Of a stretch of DNA of 64,000 nucleotides, positions 35,096 to 45,508 are shown piece after piece (position 1 is the first letter of the stretch; each line of letters begins with the position of its first letter). Source of the stretch: Candidatus Micrarchaeota archaeon (GTDB taxonomy: Archaea > Micrarchaeota > Micrarchaeia > Burarchaeales > JAKAKT01); the NCBI GenBank assembly GCA_021813385.1, contig JAKAKT010000095.1, forward strand, positions 14,194-78,193. Reading direction: 5' to 3'. The notes beneath the pieces were generated by a model, which saw only the letters and a program-made list of their open reading frames with translations, made no database searches and was not told the DNA's origin. A program made the translations under genes and the position numbers.

Positions 35096-35949
35096 AATCC
35101 CTTCATGTAATACCAAAGCAGCGCGATATTCCCCATCCCGAGAACCAGCGCCACGAGCCAGGCGCTTTTTAGCGCGAGGGCCCACTTGAACCTCGTGTAA
35201 TTGTTGTCTATGAACAGCTCGAGCACGTATGTGAGGGCTACTGCAATCAGCGCCAGGAGAGGATTGAAGCTGAAGAACAGGTACACGAAACCGAGTAGGA
35301 GAACGGTCTCGTACCAGTGTGCTATCTCCACTCTCCCGAGAGTTGAGCCGGAAAATTCCGTAGTGATTCCCTTGACGATTTCCTGGTGGGCGTGATGGGA
35401 GGTGGACAAATCGAACGGGGATTTCCTGAGTTTGATTGGAAGAACGTAAAGCAAGCCGAGGAACAGCCCGGGGAGCAGGAGTACCAGAGGAACCTGGGTT
35501 CTGACTATGTCACTTATGTAGAAGCTTTTGGTCACCAGATACATGCCCGAAGCGGCCAAAAGTATCATCGGCTCGAAAGCCATAATCTGTATCAGCTCCC
35601 TTTCCGCGCCTATGAAGCTGTAAGGCGAATTTGCTGAATATGCCCCGAGCACGAGGAATATGTGCGATAGGGTCAGGGCGAAGATTACGAGCAGGAAGTC
35701 CCCGCCGGAAAAGAACAGCATCCCGGTGAAAGCCATGAATACCACATAAGCGAGGACGAAGAGGTTCTGCGAGCGGGCCACAACTGCTTTCTCCTTCTCA
35801 AAAAGCTTCGCGACATCGTAGAAAGGCTGCAACAGGGGCGGACCGACTCTTCCCTGCATTCGGGCGGTTATTATCCTGTCCAAACCTACTGTGAGGCCCC
35901 CCAAGGCAGGGGCGGCAAGGATGTACGCCAACCCGTAAAGCAGGTTCAT
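35092..35949 (-). CDS. echB: Ech hydrogenase membrane subunit B (NuoH-like)
   Basis: ...ARMQGRVGPPLLQPFYDVAKLF; 8 TM. Confidence 0.8.
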   Translation of the reverse strand: MNLLYGLAYILAAPALGGLTVGLDRIITARMQGRVGPPLLQPFYDVAKLFEKEKAVVARSQNLFVLAYVVFMAFTGMLFFSGGDFLLVIFALTLSHIFLVLGAYSANSPYSFIGAERELIQIMAFEPMILLAASGMYLVTKSFYISDIVRTQVPLVLLLPGLFLGLLYVLPIKLRKSPFDLSTSHHAHQEIVKGITTEFSGSTLGRVEIAHWYETVLLLGFVYLFFSFNPLLALIAVALTYVLELFIDNNYTRFKWALALKSAWLVALVLGMGNIALLWYYMKGL

Positions 35950-37847
35950 GTGAACACCCCGGCGTATTGGAGCCAGCTGAAAAGAAACATTATGGCTATG
36001 AACAGAACGGAGAGGGGGACTCCTACGCTCATTACTCGATGTTCTCCGAATATCCCCTCAAGGTAATAGTTCTTTAGGGATAACTCCCTCTGCATCCCCA
36101 TCGAGCCCGCGAACTTAGCGTCCAATGTCGTAGTCCTGCCCCCCATGTAAGGCGACAGGTGCTTTCTCTCCTTCCCGTAATACAGGAGGCTGAACGGGAT
36201 GAGCAAAACCACGGCGAGCATCAGCAGCATTATCGTTATGTTGTCCTGCCCGAGCTGCGCGGTTTTCCCGTAAATCTCGAGGATGTAGGGTTCGATGTAG
36301 TAATGCGAAACCACCGGGAAAACCAGGCACATGCTTATCGTCAAGCCCGTAAGGGTATAAAGAACCGCCCATTCCCCGGTGTTTATCTTATCCTCAACCA
36401 CCTTGTGCATCCTAGTGACTGCTATGAGCTTTCCCATCCACTTGGACCAGAAGAACACGGTGATTCCACTTCCGAATGCGACCATCCCCACAAGAACTGG
36501 ATTCGAATCTATGAACGCCTTCATCGTCGCCCATTTGCTTATCAGCATGCCGAAAGGCGCTAGAAACATCCCCGCAATCCCTATGAGCATCATCACCGCG
36601 TTTTTCGGCATCCGGGTTATCAGGCCAGTCATGTCCTCGATGTCCCTGCTGCCTATCCTGTGCTCAACCGTTCCGACTGAAAGGAACAGCAGGCATTTCG
36701 CGAGCGAGTGGAATATTATCAGGAGTATCGCCGCCCATACCGCTTCATAGGTGCCCACTCCGGCGCAGGCAACTATGAGGCCGAGGTTTGCAATAGTCGA
36801 GTAGGCCAGGACTTTTTTCGAGTTGCTCTGGGATACCGCGATTCCGGAAGCGAAAAGGAACGTGATTCCGCCAATCAAAGAGAGCATTTCGCCCGAAGCG
36901 GTCCCTTCGTATAGCGGGGAGAACCTGACAAGTATATACACTCCGGCCTTGACCATCGTGCTCGAGTGGAGGAGTGCCGAAACCGGGGTGGGGGCGACCA
37001 TTGCGCCAACGAGCCAGGAGGAAAACGGCATCTGGGCCGATTTCGTCAGGCCGGCGAAGCCGATAAGAACGACGGGCAGAAGCACTATCGCCTTGTTCAT
37101 GAAAATTATCTGGTCGAGGCCGAATACCGGATTCTCCATCGTGCTCAAGTAGAGTATTGCGAGAGCGAAAGCAAGGCTCCCGAGCAGATTCATCGTAAGG
37201 GCGCTGAACGCATTGTGTATCGCCTCGTGCGACTTCGTGTAGCCGATTAACACGAACGAGCAGAGCGTCGTCACTTCCCAGAAGAAATAGACCCAGAGTA
37301 TGTTGTTCGAGAAAACGAGGCCGAACATCGCGCTGAGGAATGCGAAAATCACGAAAAAGAACACATTTGTCCTGTCTTTCACTTCCTTGTGGCGCTCGTG
37401 GAACGTCCTCATATAGCCGAACGCGTAGATGCATGTCAGGCCCCCGGTTATCCCTATGATGAGCGCCATTATCAGCGACAGCCGGTCCAGGAACAGGTTG
37501 TAAGGCAGGTTTGCGTTCGGCTTGTTAATCTCCAAATAAACCAGGATGGCCGACTGGGTTAAAATCAGGGCGAGCGGGTAGTATTTCTTGAACGTGATGC
37601 TCTTGTAGATTATATACAGCGCCATCAGCCCCTCGCCAGCGAGTATCGCCTCATCAACAAGCTCGGGTCTGACGTCAAAGTATCCTGTAGGCTCCCCAAA
37701 GTTCGTGGAAAGCAGGTAAACCGAGACCGCCAGGATTATGAACGCAGCCACGTACCCGGCGCCCCTCCTTGCCTTTTCGTTCGGTGCAAGCAGCATGAAT
37801 ACTGCGGCCAGGAATGGGAACAGTATGAGGAATAACAGCTGGTTCAC
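35946..37847 (-). CDS. echA: Ech hydrogenase antiporter-like membrane subunit A (NuoL/M/N-like)
   Basis: 633 aa polytopic protein with the NuoL-type core (...FFWEVTTLCSFVLIGY...); GTG start; first gene of the operon. Confidence 0.8.
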   Translation of the reverse strand: MNQLLFLILFPFLAAVFMLLAPNEKARRGAGYVAAFIILAVSVYLLSTNFGEPTGYFDVRPELVDEAILAGEGLMALYIIYKSITFKKYYPLALILTQSAILVYLEINKPNANLPYNLFLDRLSLIMALIIGITGGLTCIYAFGYMRTFHERHKEVKDRTNVFFFVIFAFLSAMFGLVFSNNILWVYFFWEVTTLCSFVLIGYTKSHEAIHNAFSALTMNLLGSLAFALAILYLSTMENPVFGLDQIIFMNKAIVLLPVVLIGFAGLTKSAQMPFSSWLVGAMVAPTPVSALLHSSTMVKAGVYILVRFSPLYEGTASGEMLSLIGGITFLFASGIAVSQSNSKKVLAYSTIANLGLIVACAGVGTYEAVWAAILLIIFHSLAKCLLFLSVGTVEHRIGSRDIEDMTGLITRMPKNAVMMLIGIAGMFLAPFGMLISKWATMKAFIDSNPVLVGMVAFGSGITVFFWSKWMGKLIAVTRMHKVVEDKINTGEWAVLYTLTGLTISMCLVFPVVSHYYIEPYILEIYGKTAQLGQDNITIMLLMLAVVLLIPFSLLYYGKERKHLSPYMGGRTTTLDAKFAGSMGMQRELSLKNYYLEGIFGEHRVMSVGVPLSVLFIAIMFLFSWLQYAGVFT

Positions 37848-37892
37848 TTAGACGCCTTTATCGTTTGTTCTCGTGCAAACTATGCCAATTCA

Positions 37893-37912
37893 TTAGAACA
37901 TTAAAAATATAA
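37893..37912 (-). promoter_or_regulatory. TATA box of the echA promoter
   Basis: Minus-strand ccatttatatttttaatg about 50-60 bp upstream of the echA GTG. Confidence 0.35.
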
Positions 37913-37980
37913 ATGGCAATTTCCCAGAACAGCGCCCAAAGTCTTTTTCCCAGGGGAATTCTCTTGCTATGCCGGCCAAC

Positions 37981-38538
37981 TCATTTCCTGGCTTTCGCCC
38001 CTGGTTTCCTGAAGAGCTTGTGCCAGTCGAGGAAAAGAATCGAGAAAGCTGCAACAATCCCGAGAATGTCGAAGAGGAATCGGTAATGCTCCCCTGCGAG
38101 ATGGAAAATCCTTTGCGAGAGCACGATTAGGAGATAGTAAGAGACGAGCCTTCCGAAGAAGAAGCCCGCGAAGACTGGCTTGTAATCCACTTTCGTAAGC
38201 CCGTTTGCGATGAATATGAGGTTGCTGGGAAAAGGGCTCAACGCGTATAGGAAAGTCCCTGTGAAAAGAGCCTTCCCTTTCTTGTCGAAGAACTTCCTTA
38301 TCTCGTCAGCGTGCTCGGACATGTCTTTCGAGAAGAAGCGCCTGAAGAACCCGCTGTAGAACGTGAGGACGGCCCTGCCTGCGGTCGAGGAGAGCGCGCC
38401 TACTATTGTGAGCATGAGCGGGTCGAACGACGAATTGTTCATGAGCTCCCTGGACAGGATAAGCCAGGTCGGCGGCATGAAGGCCGGAATTAGGTTTATC
38501 AGGAACACGAGAACTGCCAGCGAGAGGTAATCTGCCAT
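37981..38538 (-). CDS. DedA/VTT-domain (SNARE-associated/TVP38 family) membrane protein
   Basis: ...GTFLYALSPFPSNLIFIANGLTKVDYKPVF is the VTT-domain core. Confidence 0.7.
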   Translation of the reverse strand: MADYLSLAVLVFLINLIPAFMPPTWLILSRELMNNSSFDPLMLTIVGALSSTAGRAVLTFYSGFFRRFFSKDMSEHADEIRKFFDKKGKALFTGTFLYALSPFPSNLIFIANGLTKVDYKPVFAGFFFGRLVSYYLLIVLSQRIFHLAGEHYRFLFDILGIVAAFSILFLDWHKLFRKPGAKARK

Positions 38539-38601
38539 GGTAGTGATTTAGTTAGCAGGTTTAAAAGAATGAGGCACTGCCGTGTTTTTTTCAGTTGTCA
38601 T

Positions 38602-40566
38602 TCAGCGCGCTTTTTTCAATTCCCTTGAAGCGAGCTTCTCCCTCAGCCGCTTCGCCCTCTCTCGCAATGCAATCGCCCTCTCGAAGTCGAGCGAATCCGC
38701 GGCAGCCCTCATCTCGCCCTCAAGCTCAATTATGAGGTTTGGCACAGCTGACATGGGAACGCTCTTCTCCTCCTTCAGGTCGACTTCCTTCGCCCGGATG
38801 GGCTTAACGATTGTCTTTGGGGTTATGCCGTGCTTTCGGTTATAAGCCAGCTGCAAGTCCCGGCGCCGTTTTGTCTCGGAAACGGCATCCTTTATGGAAT
38901 CGGTCATCACATCCGCATAGAGAACCACTTTCGATTCGGAATTCCTTGCTGCCCTGCCGACTGTCTGTATGAGGCTTGTCGAATTCCTCAGGAACCCTTC
39001 CTTGTCCGCATCAAGAATCCCGATGAACCCGACCTCGGGTATGTCGAGCCCTTCCCGAAGCAGGTTTATCCCCACAAGAACATCGAATTTCCCAAGCCTG
39101 AGGAGCCGGATGAGCTCGGTCCGCTCAAGAGTCTCGATTTCCGAGTGGAGATACCTTGCCTTTATCCCCTTGCTCGCTAAAAATTCAGTGAATTCTTCCG
39201 CGAGCCTTTTCGTTAGTGTTGTGACGAGCGCCCTGTTCCCTTTCCCGACCGTTTTTCGAATCTCGTTGATGAGGTCCTCGGCCTGCCCCTTTGTCTTCCT
39301 CACTTCGATTTCGGGGTCCACGAGCCCTGTCGGGCGGATTATCTGCTCGACTGCTTTTCCTTTCGAGAGGGAAAGCTCGTAATCGCCCGGGGTTGCGCTG
39401 ACAAACACCACCTGGCGCATATATTCCGAGAATTCCTCGAACTTTAGCGGCCTGTTGTCGAATGCGCTCGTGAGCCGGAAGCCATAGTCGATTAGGGACT
39501 TTTTCCTTGCACGGTCCCCGTGGTACATCCCGTGCAATTGAGGTATCGTCTGGTGGCTCTCGTCTATGAACAGGAGGAAATCCTTCGGGAAGTAGTCGAG
39601 CAGGCAGTAAGGCCGTTCGCCCGGCTTCCTCGCATCGAAGTGGCGCGAGTAGTTCTCGATTCCCTTGCAGAAGCCTGTTTCGGTTATCATCTCCAGGTCA
39701 TAGAGCGTCCTCTGCTTCAGCCTGTGCGCCTCAAGGGGCCCGAGCCTTCCTGAGGCGAGCTCCTTGCCCAGCTCCTTTCTTATCGACTCGAGCGCAATTT
39801 TCGTATCCTCTTGCGATGTGACGAAGTGTCTTGCCGGGTAGAAGAAGAAATACTTCGGCTTGTCTATTGCTTCCCCCGTGTTCCTGTCGATTATCGAGAT
39901 TCCCTCAATCTCGTCCCCGAAAAGCGAGATGCGGGTTATGTCATTTGAGTAGCCCGGAACAACGTCTATGGTGTCCCCGTGCGCCCTGAATCTCCCAGGA
40001 AGGAGCTCGGTATCGTTTCTTTCGAACTGCAGCGAGATGAGCTTGCCCAGAAGCTCCTTTCTTGTTATTTTCTGCCCCTTTTCGATTTCGGCGCCCATGC
40101 CCCGAAAGTTGGCAGGGTTTCCGAGCGCATAGATGCACGAGACCGAGGCGACCACAATCGTATCGCTCCTTGAGGAGAGCGAGGCAGTCGACGAGAGCCT
40201 CATCTGCTCGAGGCGCGGGTTCACTTGCGCATCCTTCTCGATGTAGAGGTCCCTCTGCGGGATATAGGACTCGGGCTGGTAATAATCGTAATAGGAGACG
40301 AAATACTCGACGCGGTTCTGCGGGAAGAAATCGCGGAACTCCCAGTAGAGCTGGGCTGCGAGGGTCTTGTTGTGGACAATCACGAGGGCGGGCTTCTGCG
40401 CCCTTTGTATGACGTTCGCCATCGTGAAAGTCTTTCCCGAGCCAGTGACGCCGAGGAGTGTCTGGAATTTTTTCCCTTTCGCGATGTCCCGGGACAGCGC
40501 GTCTATGGCATCAGGCTGCGAGCCAGCAGGCTTGAACGGGGCCAGAAGCGCAAATTTTTCATCCAT
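38602..40566 (-). CDS. uvrB: Excinuclease ABC subunit B
   Basis: ...LLGVTGSGKTFTMANVI (Walker A), DESHQTIPQ, and the C-terminal UvrB/C interaction motif; 654 aa. Confidence 0.9.
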   Translation of the reverse strand: MDEKFALLAPFKPAGSQPDAIDALSRDIAKGKKFQTLLGVTGSGKTFTMANVIQRAQKPALVIVHNKTLAAQLYWEFRDFFPQNRVEYFVSYYDYYQPESYIPQRDLYIEKDAQVNPRLEQMRLSSTASLSSRSDTIVVASVSCIYALGNPANFRGMGAEIEKGQKITRKELLGKLISLQFERNDTELLPGRFRAHGDTIDVVPGYSNDITRISLFGDEIEGISIIDRNTGEAIDKPKYFFFYPARHFVTSQEDTKIALESIRKELGKELASGRLGPLEAHRLKQRTLYDLEMITETGFCKGIENYSRHFDARKPGERPYCLLDYFPKDFLLFIDESHQTIPQLHGMYHGDRARKKSLIDYGFRLTSAFDNRPLKFEEFSEYMRQVVFVSATPGDYELSLSKGKAVEQIIRPTGLVDPEIEVRKTKGQAEDLINEIRKTVGKGNRALVTTLTKRLAEEFTEFLASKGIKARYLHSEIETLERTELIRLLRLGKFDVLVGINLLREGLDIPEVGFIGILDADKEGFLRNSTSLIQTVGRAARNSESKVVLYADVMTDSIKDAVSETKRRRDLQLAYNRKHGITPKTIVKPIRAKEVDLKEEKSVPMSAVPNLIIELEGEMRAAADSLDFERAIALRERAKRLREKLASRELKKAR

Positions 40567-40570
40567 ACTC

Positions 40571-42121
40571 TCATTCCCTGATTTTCTTTTTCCTTAGAAG
40601 CCTGTTATAGCTTAACGCGAACCTGTGCGCCTCGTCGCGCATCTCTTGGAGAAGCAACAGGGCTGGGCTCTTGGGGTCAAGAGACTTCGGGATTCCCGAG
40701 TGCGGCAAATAAATTTCTTCAAGCCTCTTCGCAAGAGAGACAACAGGGATGCCCAGCCCGAGGGGCGCGAGGGCTGCGAGCGCCGAATTAAGTTGCCCAA
40801 TTCCGCCATCAACCACTATGAGCGAAGGAAGCTCTGCCTTCTCGGCCACTAGCCGCGCATATCTCCTCCCCACCACTTCCTCCATGGCCTTGAAATCATC
40901 GTTTCCCTCGAATGACTTTATCCTGAACCGCCTGTAATTGCGCTTGTCCGGTTCGCCATCCCTGAATTGGACCATCGAGCCGACTGAGAGGGTCCCCGAG
41001 AGGTGCGAGATGTCGAAGCACTCGATGACTGAAGGCAGCGATGCAAGGCCAAGCGCCTCCTTAAGCGCCCCAACCCTGCCCTTTCCCAGAAAGAACGTCA
41101 GCTCGACATTCTTTTTTGCAAGCTCAAGCAGCCCTTTCTTCTCCCCTGCTTTCGGGGAGGTGAGTTTTACAAGCGAACCCTTCTTTTCAGAAAGGAATTG
41201 CTCGAGGGCATTGCCCATTTCTTCCGGGACGATTATCTCTTTTGGAATCGGGTTCTCCGAGTAAAAGCTCGTTATGAAGTCTGAGAGCGCACCATCATAG
41301 AAGTCGAACTCGAACTCCTGCTTGTTCAGGAGGAGGCCGGACTTGACGTTGAACAGGAGGAGATGGGCCTTGCCCCCAACAACCGAGAAAGCGATTATGT
41401 CCTCGTCATATTTCTTCTGCCGTTCAGTTGCCTGCCGGTCCTGCAGGGCCTTTAGGGAAAACAGCTGCCCCTTGAGCGAGCTAGCTAGCTCGAAATCGAG
41501 CTTTGCGGAGTTCTCCTTCATCTCCGCTTCAAGCAGGCTTGCAAGCTCACCCGTAGAGCCCTTGAGTATTTTTTTTGCCCTCTCAACCGCCTTTGCGTAA
41601 TCCCCTTCACTGGCAAACCCGACGCAGGGGGCGAGGCAGTGCCGTATATGGTGGCGCAGGCAGGCCCGCTTTGGGAATTTCCTGCAGGTCCGAAGCATGA
41701 ACTTGTTGTTTATTGTTTCAAGAACAAGGTCGCGCTCTTTTGCGCTAGTGAACGGACCATAGAACTTCCCCTCCCCCGTGCGCTGGCGCGCGAGCATGAC
41801 TCTGGGGAATTTTTCATCAGTCAGTTGGAGGTAAGCGTATCTTCTCGAGTCCTTCAGGTCGATGTTGTATTTTGGGGAGTATTTCTTAATGAGGTTGTTC
41901 TCGAGAATCAGCGCCTCGACCTCTGTCCTCGTGGCTATGAATTCAGCCGAGACGATGGCATTCACGAGGTTTTCTGTCTTTTTTCCCTTGTCTCCCTTTT
42001 GGAAATAGCTTCCCACCCTCTTTCGAAGGTCTTTGGCTTTTCCGACATAGATTACCCTTCCTTCCGAGTCCTTGAAAATGTAGCAGCCCGGACTGTCTGG
42101 AAAATTTGGCGGTTCTATCAT
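40571..42121 (-). CDS. uvrC: Excinuclease ABC subunit C
   Basis: GIY-YIG N-terminus (PGCYIFKDSEGRVIYVGKAKDLRKRV); the start MIEPPNF overlaps the uvrA stop (ATGA); the track start at 42256 is over-extended. Confidence 0.85.
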   Translation of the reverse strand: MIEPPNFPDSPGCYIFKDSEGRVIYVGKAKDLRKRVGSYFQKGDKGKKTENLVNAIVSAEFIATRTEVEALILENNLIKKYSPKYNIDLKDSRRYAYLQLTDEKFPRVMLARQRTGEGKFYGPFTSAKERDLVLETINNKFMLRTCRKFPKRACLRHHIRHCLAPCVGFASEGDYAKAVERAKKILKGSTGELASLLEAEMKENSAKLDFELASSLKGQLFSLKALQDRQATERQKKYDEDIIAFSVVGGKAHLLLFNVKSGLLLNKQEFEFDFYDGALSDFITSFYSENPIPKEIIVPEEMGNALEQFLSEKKGSLVKLTSPKAGEKKGLLELAKKNVELTFFLGKGRVGALKEALGLASLPSVIECFDISHLSGTLSVGSMVQFRDGEPDKRNYRRFRIKSFEGNDDFKAMEEVVGRRYARLVAEKAELPSLIVVDGGIGQLNSALAALAPLGLGIPVVSLAKRLEEIYLPHSGIPKSLDPKSPALLLLQEMRDEAHRFALSYNRLLRKKKIRE

Positions 42122-44919
42122 CAGAGCACCTTTTTGAGGTATTTGCCGGTGTAGCTCCCGCTTGCCTTTGCAACTTCTTCTGGAGAGCCCTTCGCGACAA
42201 CGAAGCCGCCCCCCTCCCCGCCCTCTGGCCCGAGGTCGATGATGTAGTCGGCGCACTTGATGACGTCGAGGTTGTGCTCGATGACGACTACGGTGTTCCC
42301 CTTGTCCGCAAGGTTCCCGAGCACCAGAAGAAGCTTCTTCACATCCTCGAAATGGAGGCCTGTCGTCGGCTCATCGAGAAGGTAAATCGTGTTCCCGGTG
42401 TCCCTTTTTGAAAGTTCCTTCGTGAGCTTTATCCTCTGCGCTTCCCCGCCGGAAAGCGTGGTCGAGCTCTGGCCCAACAGGATGTAGCCGAGGCCCACTC
42501 TCTTAAGGATTTCGAGCTTTTTCCTTATCTGCGGGATGTTCTCGAACAGCGAGTATGCCTCGTCAACGCTCATCGAGAGGGCATCGGCGATGCTCTTGCC
42601 CTTGTATTTCACCTCGAGCGTCTCCTGGTTGTAGCGCTTTCCCCTGCACTCCTCGCACTCGACGTAAACATCCGGGAGGAAATTCATCTCAATCCTTATC
42701 ACTCCATCCCCTTCGCAGGTCTCGCACCTGCCCCCGGGGACGTTGAAAGAGAACCTGCCTGCCTTGTAGCCTCTTGCCTTGGCTTCTGGGATGAGGGCGA
42801 AAATCGAGCGGATTTCGTCGAACACCTTGGTGTAGGTGGCAGGATTGCTCCTCGGCGTCTTCCCTATCGGGTCCTGGTCTATCACAATCACCTTGTCGAG
42901 CTGCCCATCGGAAGCTATCGAGTCGTGCTTTCCGGAATCGAGCCTTGAGCCATGAAGCTTTTTCGAGAGGCCCTTGTAGAGTATTTCATAAAGGAGCGTT
43001 GATTTCCCGCTCCCGGAGACGCCGGTTATCACTGTGAGAGTCCTAAGGGGGATGCCCACATCTATGTTCTTGAGGTTGTTCTCCCTGGCCCCCCTCACCT
43101 TCAGGAATTTCTCTGCAGGCCTCCTCGTTTTCGGGACCTCGATTCGCTTCTTTTTTGAAAGGTACTGCCCCGTGAGTGATTTGGGGTTCGCCTCAATCTC
43201 TTCCGGGGTTCCTTGCGCGATTATCCTCCCTCCGCTCGCGCCAGCCCCGGGCCCCATATCGACTATGTGGTCGGCTGAGCGCATCGTGTCCTCATCGTGC
43301 TCGACAACAATCAGCGTGTTGCCGAGGTCGCGGAGGCTTTGGAGCGTTCCTATGAGCTTGTGGTTGTCCCGTTGATGCAGGCCTATCGAGGGCTCATCAA
43401 GGATGTAGATGACGCCCATCAGCTTTGTGCCAATCTGCGTCGCGAGCCGGATTCTTTGCGCCTCCCCCCCGGAAAGCGTCTCGGAAGCCCTCGAAAGCGT
43501 CAGGTAGCCAAGACCGACGTTCTCAAGGAAATCGAGCCTCTGCCTTATTTCTTTTACCACCTGCCTGGAGATTTCATATTCCTTTTCTGAGAGGTCCAGA
43601 GAGGAAAAGAACGCGCGGCAATCTGTTATCGAGAGGTCGGTGACTCCGGTTATCGGCTTTCCTGCAATCGTGACAGCAAGGATTTTCTTCTTGAGCCGCT
43701 TTCCCTTGCAGGCCGGGCAGGGGGAAATCCTCATGAACCGCTCAAGGTCGTTTTTCCGCATCTCGGATTTGGTCTGGAAGTAGAGCCTCTTGGACTGCGG
43801 GACAAGCCCCTCCCATTCGCCCTTGTGGCTCCAGTGCGCATCCCCGTTCTTCATCTCGTAATCGAACCTTATCTGCTCGTCTGACCCAAACATCAGCACA
43901 TCATACTGCTGCTTGGATAACTCGCCAATAGGCGTGAATATGTCGAAGCCGAAGTGCTTTGCGACAGCTGAAAGCGAGTTGACCCTCCAACCGTCAAGGA
44001 TGCTCTTGTAAAGAGCGACCGCGCCGTCTGAAATGCTTTTCGACTTGTCCGGTATTATGAGGTCAGGGTCGAAATCCATTTTTATCCCGAGGCCCGTGCA
44101 TTCCTCGCAGGCGCCGAACGGGCTGTTGAAGGAGAACATCCTGGGCTGCAGCTCCTCAAATGTAATCCCGCAGACCGGGCACGCCATCTTCGCTGAAAAA
44201 AGTTTCTCATTCCCCTTTGAATCGAGCGCAACCAGGAGCCCCCCAGACTTCGCTATCGCCTTCTCGCACGCTTCTGATAGGCGCCCCCTGTCCCCGACAT
44301 CAAGCCGGTCGATGACAACTTCGATATCGTGCTTCTCGTATCTCCCAAGGGCTATCTTCTCATCCGTTTTTTTTATCTCCTTGTTCACCCTCACCCTTGA
44401 GTAACCCTCTTTTCCCAGGTCCTCGAATAGCTTCTCGTAAGTCCCTTTCCTCTGCCGAATTATCGGGGAGAGTATTGTCACCTGGCCCGACATCTCCTCA
44501 GCGATTCGCTTGGAGATTTTTTGCGGGGACTGGGAGGTTATTGGCAGATTGTGGTCCGGGCAGTGAGGGACCCCTATCCGGGCGTAGAGGAGCCTCAGGT
44601 AGTCATAGATTTCGGTGACTGTCCCGACCGTGCTCCGCGGATTCTTGCTCGTCGTCTTCTGCTGAATCGAAATGGCGGGGGATAAGCCTTCTATGCTGTC
44701 CACATCGGGCTTGCCCACTAGTCCCAGGAACTGCCTCGCGTAGGCGGAAAGGGACTCGACATAACGCCTCTGGCCCTCAGCGTAAATGGTGTCGAACGCT
44801 AAGGTTGATTTCCCGCTCCCCGAGAGCCCGGTTATCACTATGAACTTGTCCCTCGGAAGCGAGAGGTCTATGTTCTTGAGGTTGTGCTCCCGCGCACCCT
44901 TTATTACGATGTTGTTCAT
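42121..44919 (-). CDS. uvrA: Excinuclease ABC subunit A
   Basis: Tandem ABC ATPase modules ([16 protein letters not shown]..., [15 protein letters not shown]...), LSGGEAQR signatures and zinc-finger Cys clusters; 932 aa. Confidence 0.9.
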   Translation of the reverse strand: MNNIVIKGAREHNLKNIDLSLPRDKFIVITGLSGSGKSTLAFDTIYAEGQRRYVESLSAYARQFLGLVGKPDVDSIEGLSPAISIQQKTTSKNPRSTVGTVTEIYDYLRLLYARIGVPHCPDHNLPITSQSPQKISKRIAEEMSGQVTILSPIIRQRKGTYEKLFEDLGKEGYSRVRVNKEIKKTDEKIALGRYEKHDIEVVIDRLDVGDRGRLSEACEKAIAKSGGLLVALDSKGNEKLFSAKMACPVCGITFEELQPRMFSFNSPFGACEECTGLGIKMDFDPDLIIPDKSKSISDGAVALYKSILDGWRVNSLSAVAKHFGFDIFTPIGELSKQQYDVLMFGSDEQIRFDYEMKNGDAHWSHKGEWEGLVPQSKRLYFQTKSEMRKNDLERFMRISPCPACKGKRLKKKILAVTIAGKPITGVTDLSITDCRAFFSSLDLSEKEYEISRQVVKEIRQRLDFLENVGLGYLTLSRASETLSGGEAQRIRLATQIGTKLMGVIYILDEPSIGLHQRDNHKLIGTLQSLRDLGNTLIVVEHDEDTMRSADHIVDMGPGAGASGGRIIAQGTPEEIEANPKSLTGQYLSKKKRIEVPKTRRPAEKFLKVRGARENNLKNIDVGIPLRTLTVITGVSGSGKSTLLYEILYKGLSKKLHGSRLDSGKHDSIASDGQLDKVIVIDQDPIGKTPRSNPATYTKVFDEIRSIFALIPEAKARGYKAGRFSFNVPGGRCETCEGDGVIRIEMNFLPDVYVECEECRGKRYNQETLEVKYKGKSIADALSMSVDEAYSLFENIPQIRKKLEILKRVGLGYILLGQSSTTLSGGEAQRIKLTKELSKRDTGNTIYLLDEPTTGLHFEDVKKLLLVLGNLADKGNTVVVIEHNLDVIKCADYIIDLGPEGGEGGGFVVAKGSPEEVAKASGSYTGKYLKKVL

Positions 44920-45105
44920 CCGGAAAGCCTCGCGATTGTCCCCCGTAGGGATGAAGTCCTGGGGAGAAATTGAGCAGTATTAGTTTGGGGGTGAAATATT
45001 TATCCCTTGTGATTGTCGATGTGAACTAAAGAAGAGAACAAATCCCTTCCCTAGTCCTTGGAGCTTGCGCTGTTGGACATGAGTAAAAAAGAAAAAACGG
45101 ACTGC

Positions 45106-45411
45106 TCATCGCTTCTGCGTCGCATCCTCCTTCATAATCATCTTAACAATCATGAAGACGACGAAAGCGATGATGATGAAGTTTATCAGGGCGCTGACTA
45201 AGTCGCCAATCGCAAAATTAACCGGCCCTACGGGAAGGACTGCTTTCTGCCATTCCCCGCCCGGCGTTAAAACGGCTATTATGGGCATTACAATGTCCTT
45301 CACGAGCGCAGAGACCAGCGCAGTGGCAGCCCCGCCGATTATCACCGCGACAGCGAGCCCGATAACCTGGTACTTCTTCAGAAAGTCCATAAACTCCTTG
45401 ACAATGGCCAA
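45106..45411 (-). CDS. mscL: Large-conductance mechanosensitive channel
   Basis: MAIVKEFMDFLKKYQVIGLAVAVIIGGAATALVSALVKDIVMPII is the MscL signature. Confidence 0.8.
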   Translation of the reverse strand: MAIVKEFMDFLKKYQVIGLAVAVIIGGAATALVSALVKDIVMPIIAVLTPGGEWQKAVLPVGPVNFAIGDLVSALINFIIIAFVVFMIVKMIMKEDATQKR

Positions 45412-45508
45412 AATACCACCCCAGCAATAGGGTGGAACGGCGGATTATAAAAAACGGGCGGTCAGTTCTGCTGTTCGGCATTGTTGGCTGCCTGGATTCC
45501 GACATTTT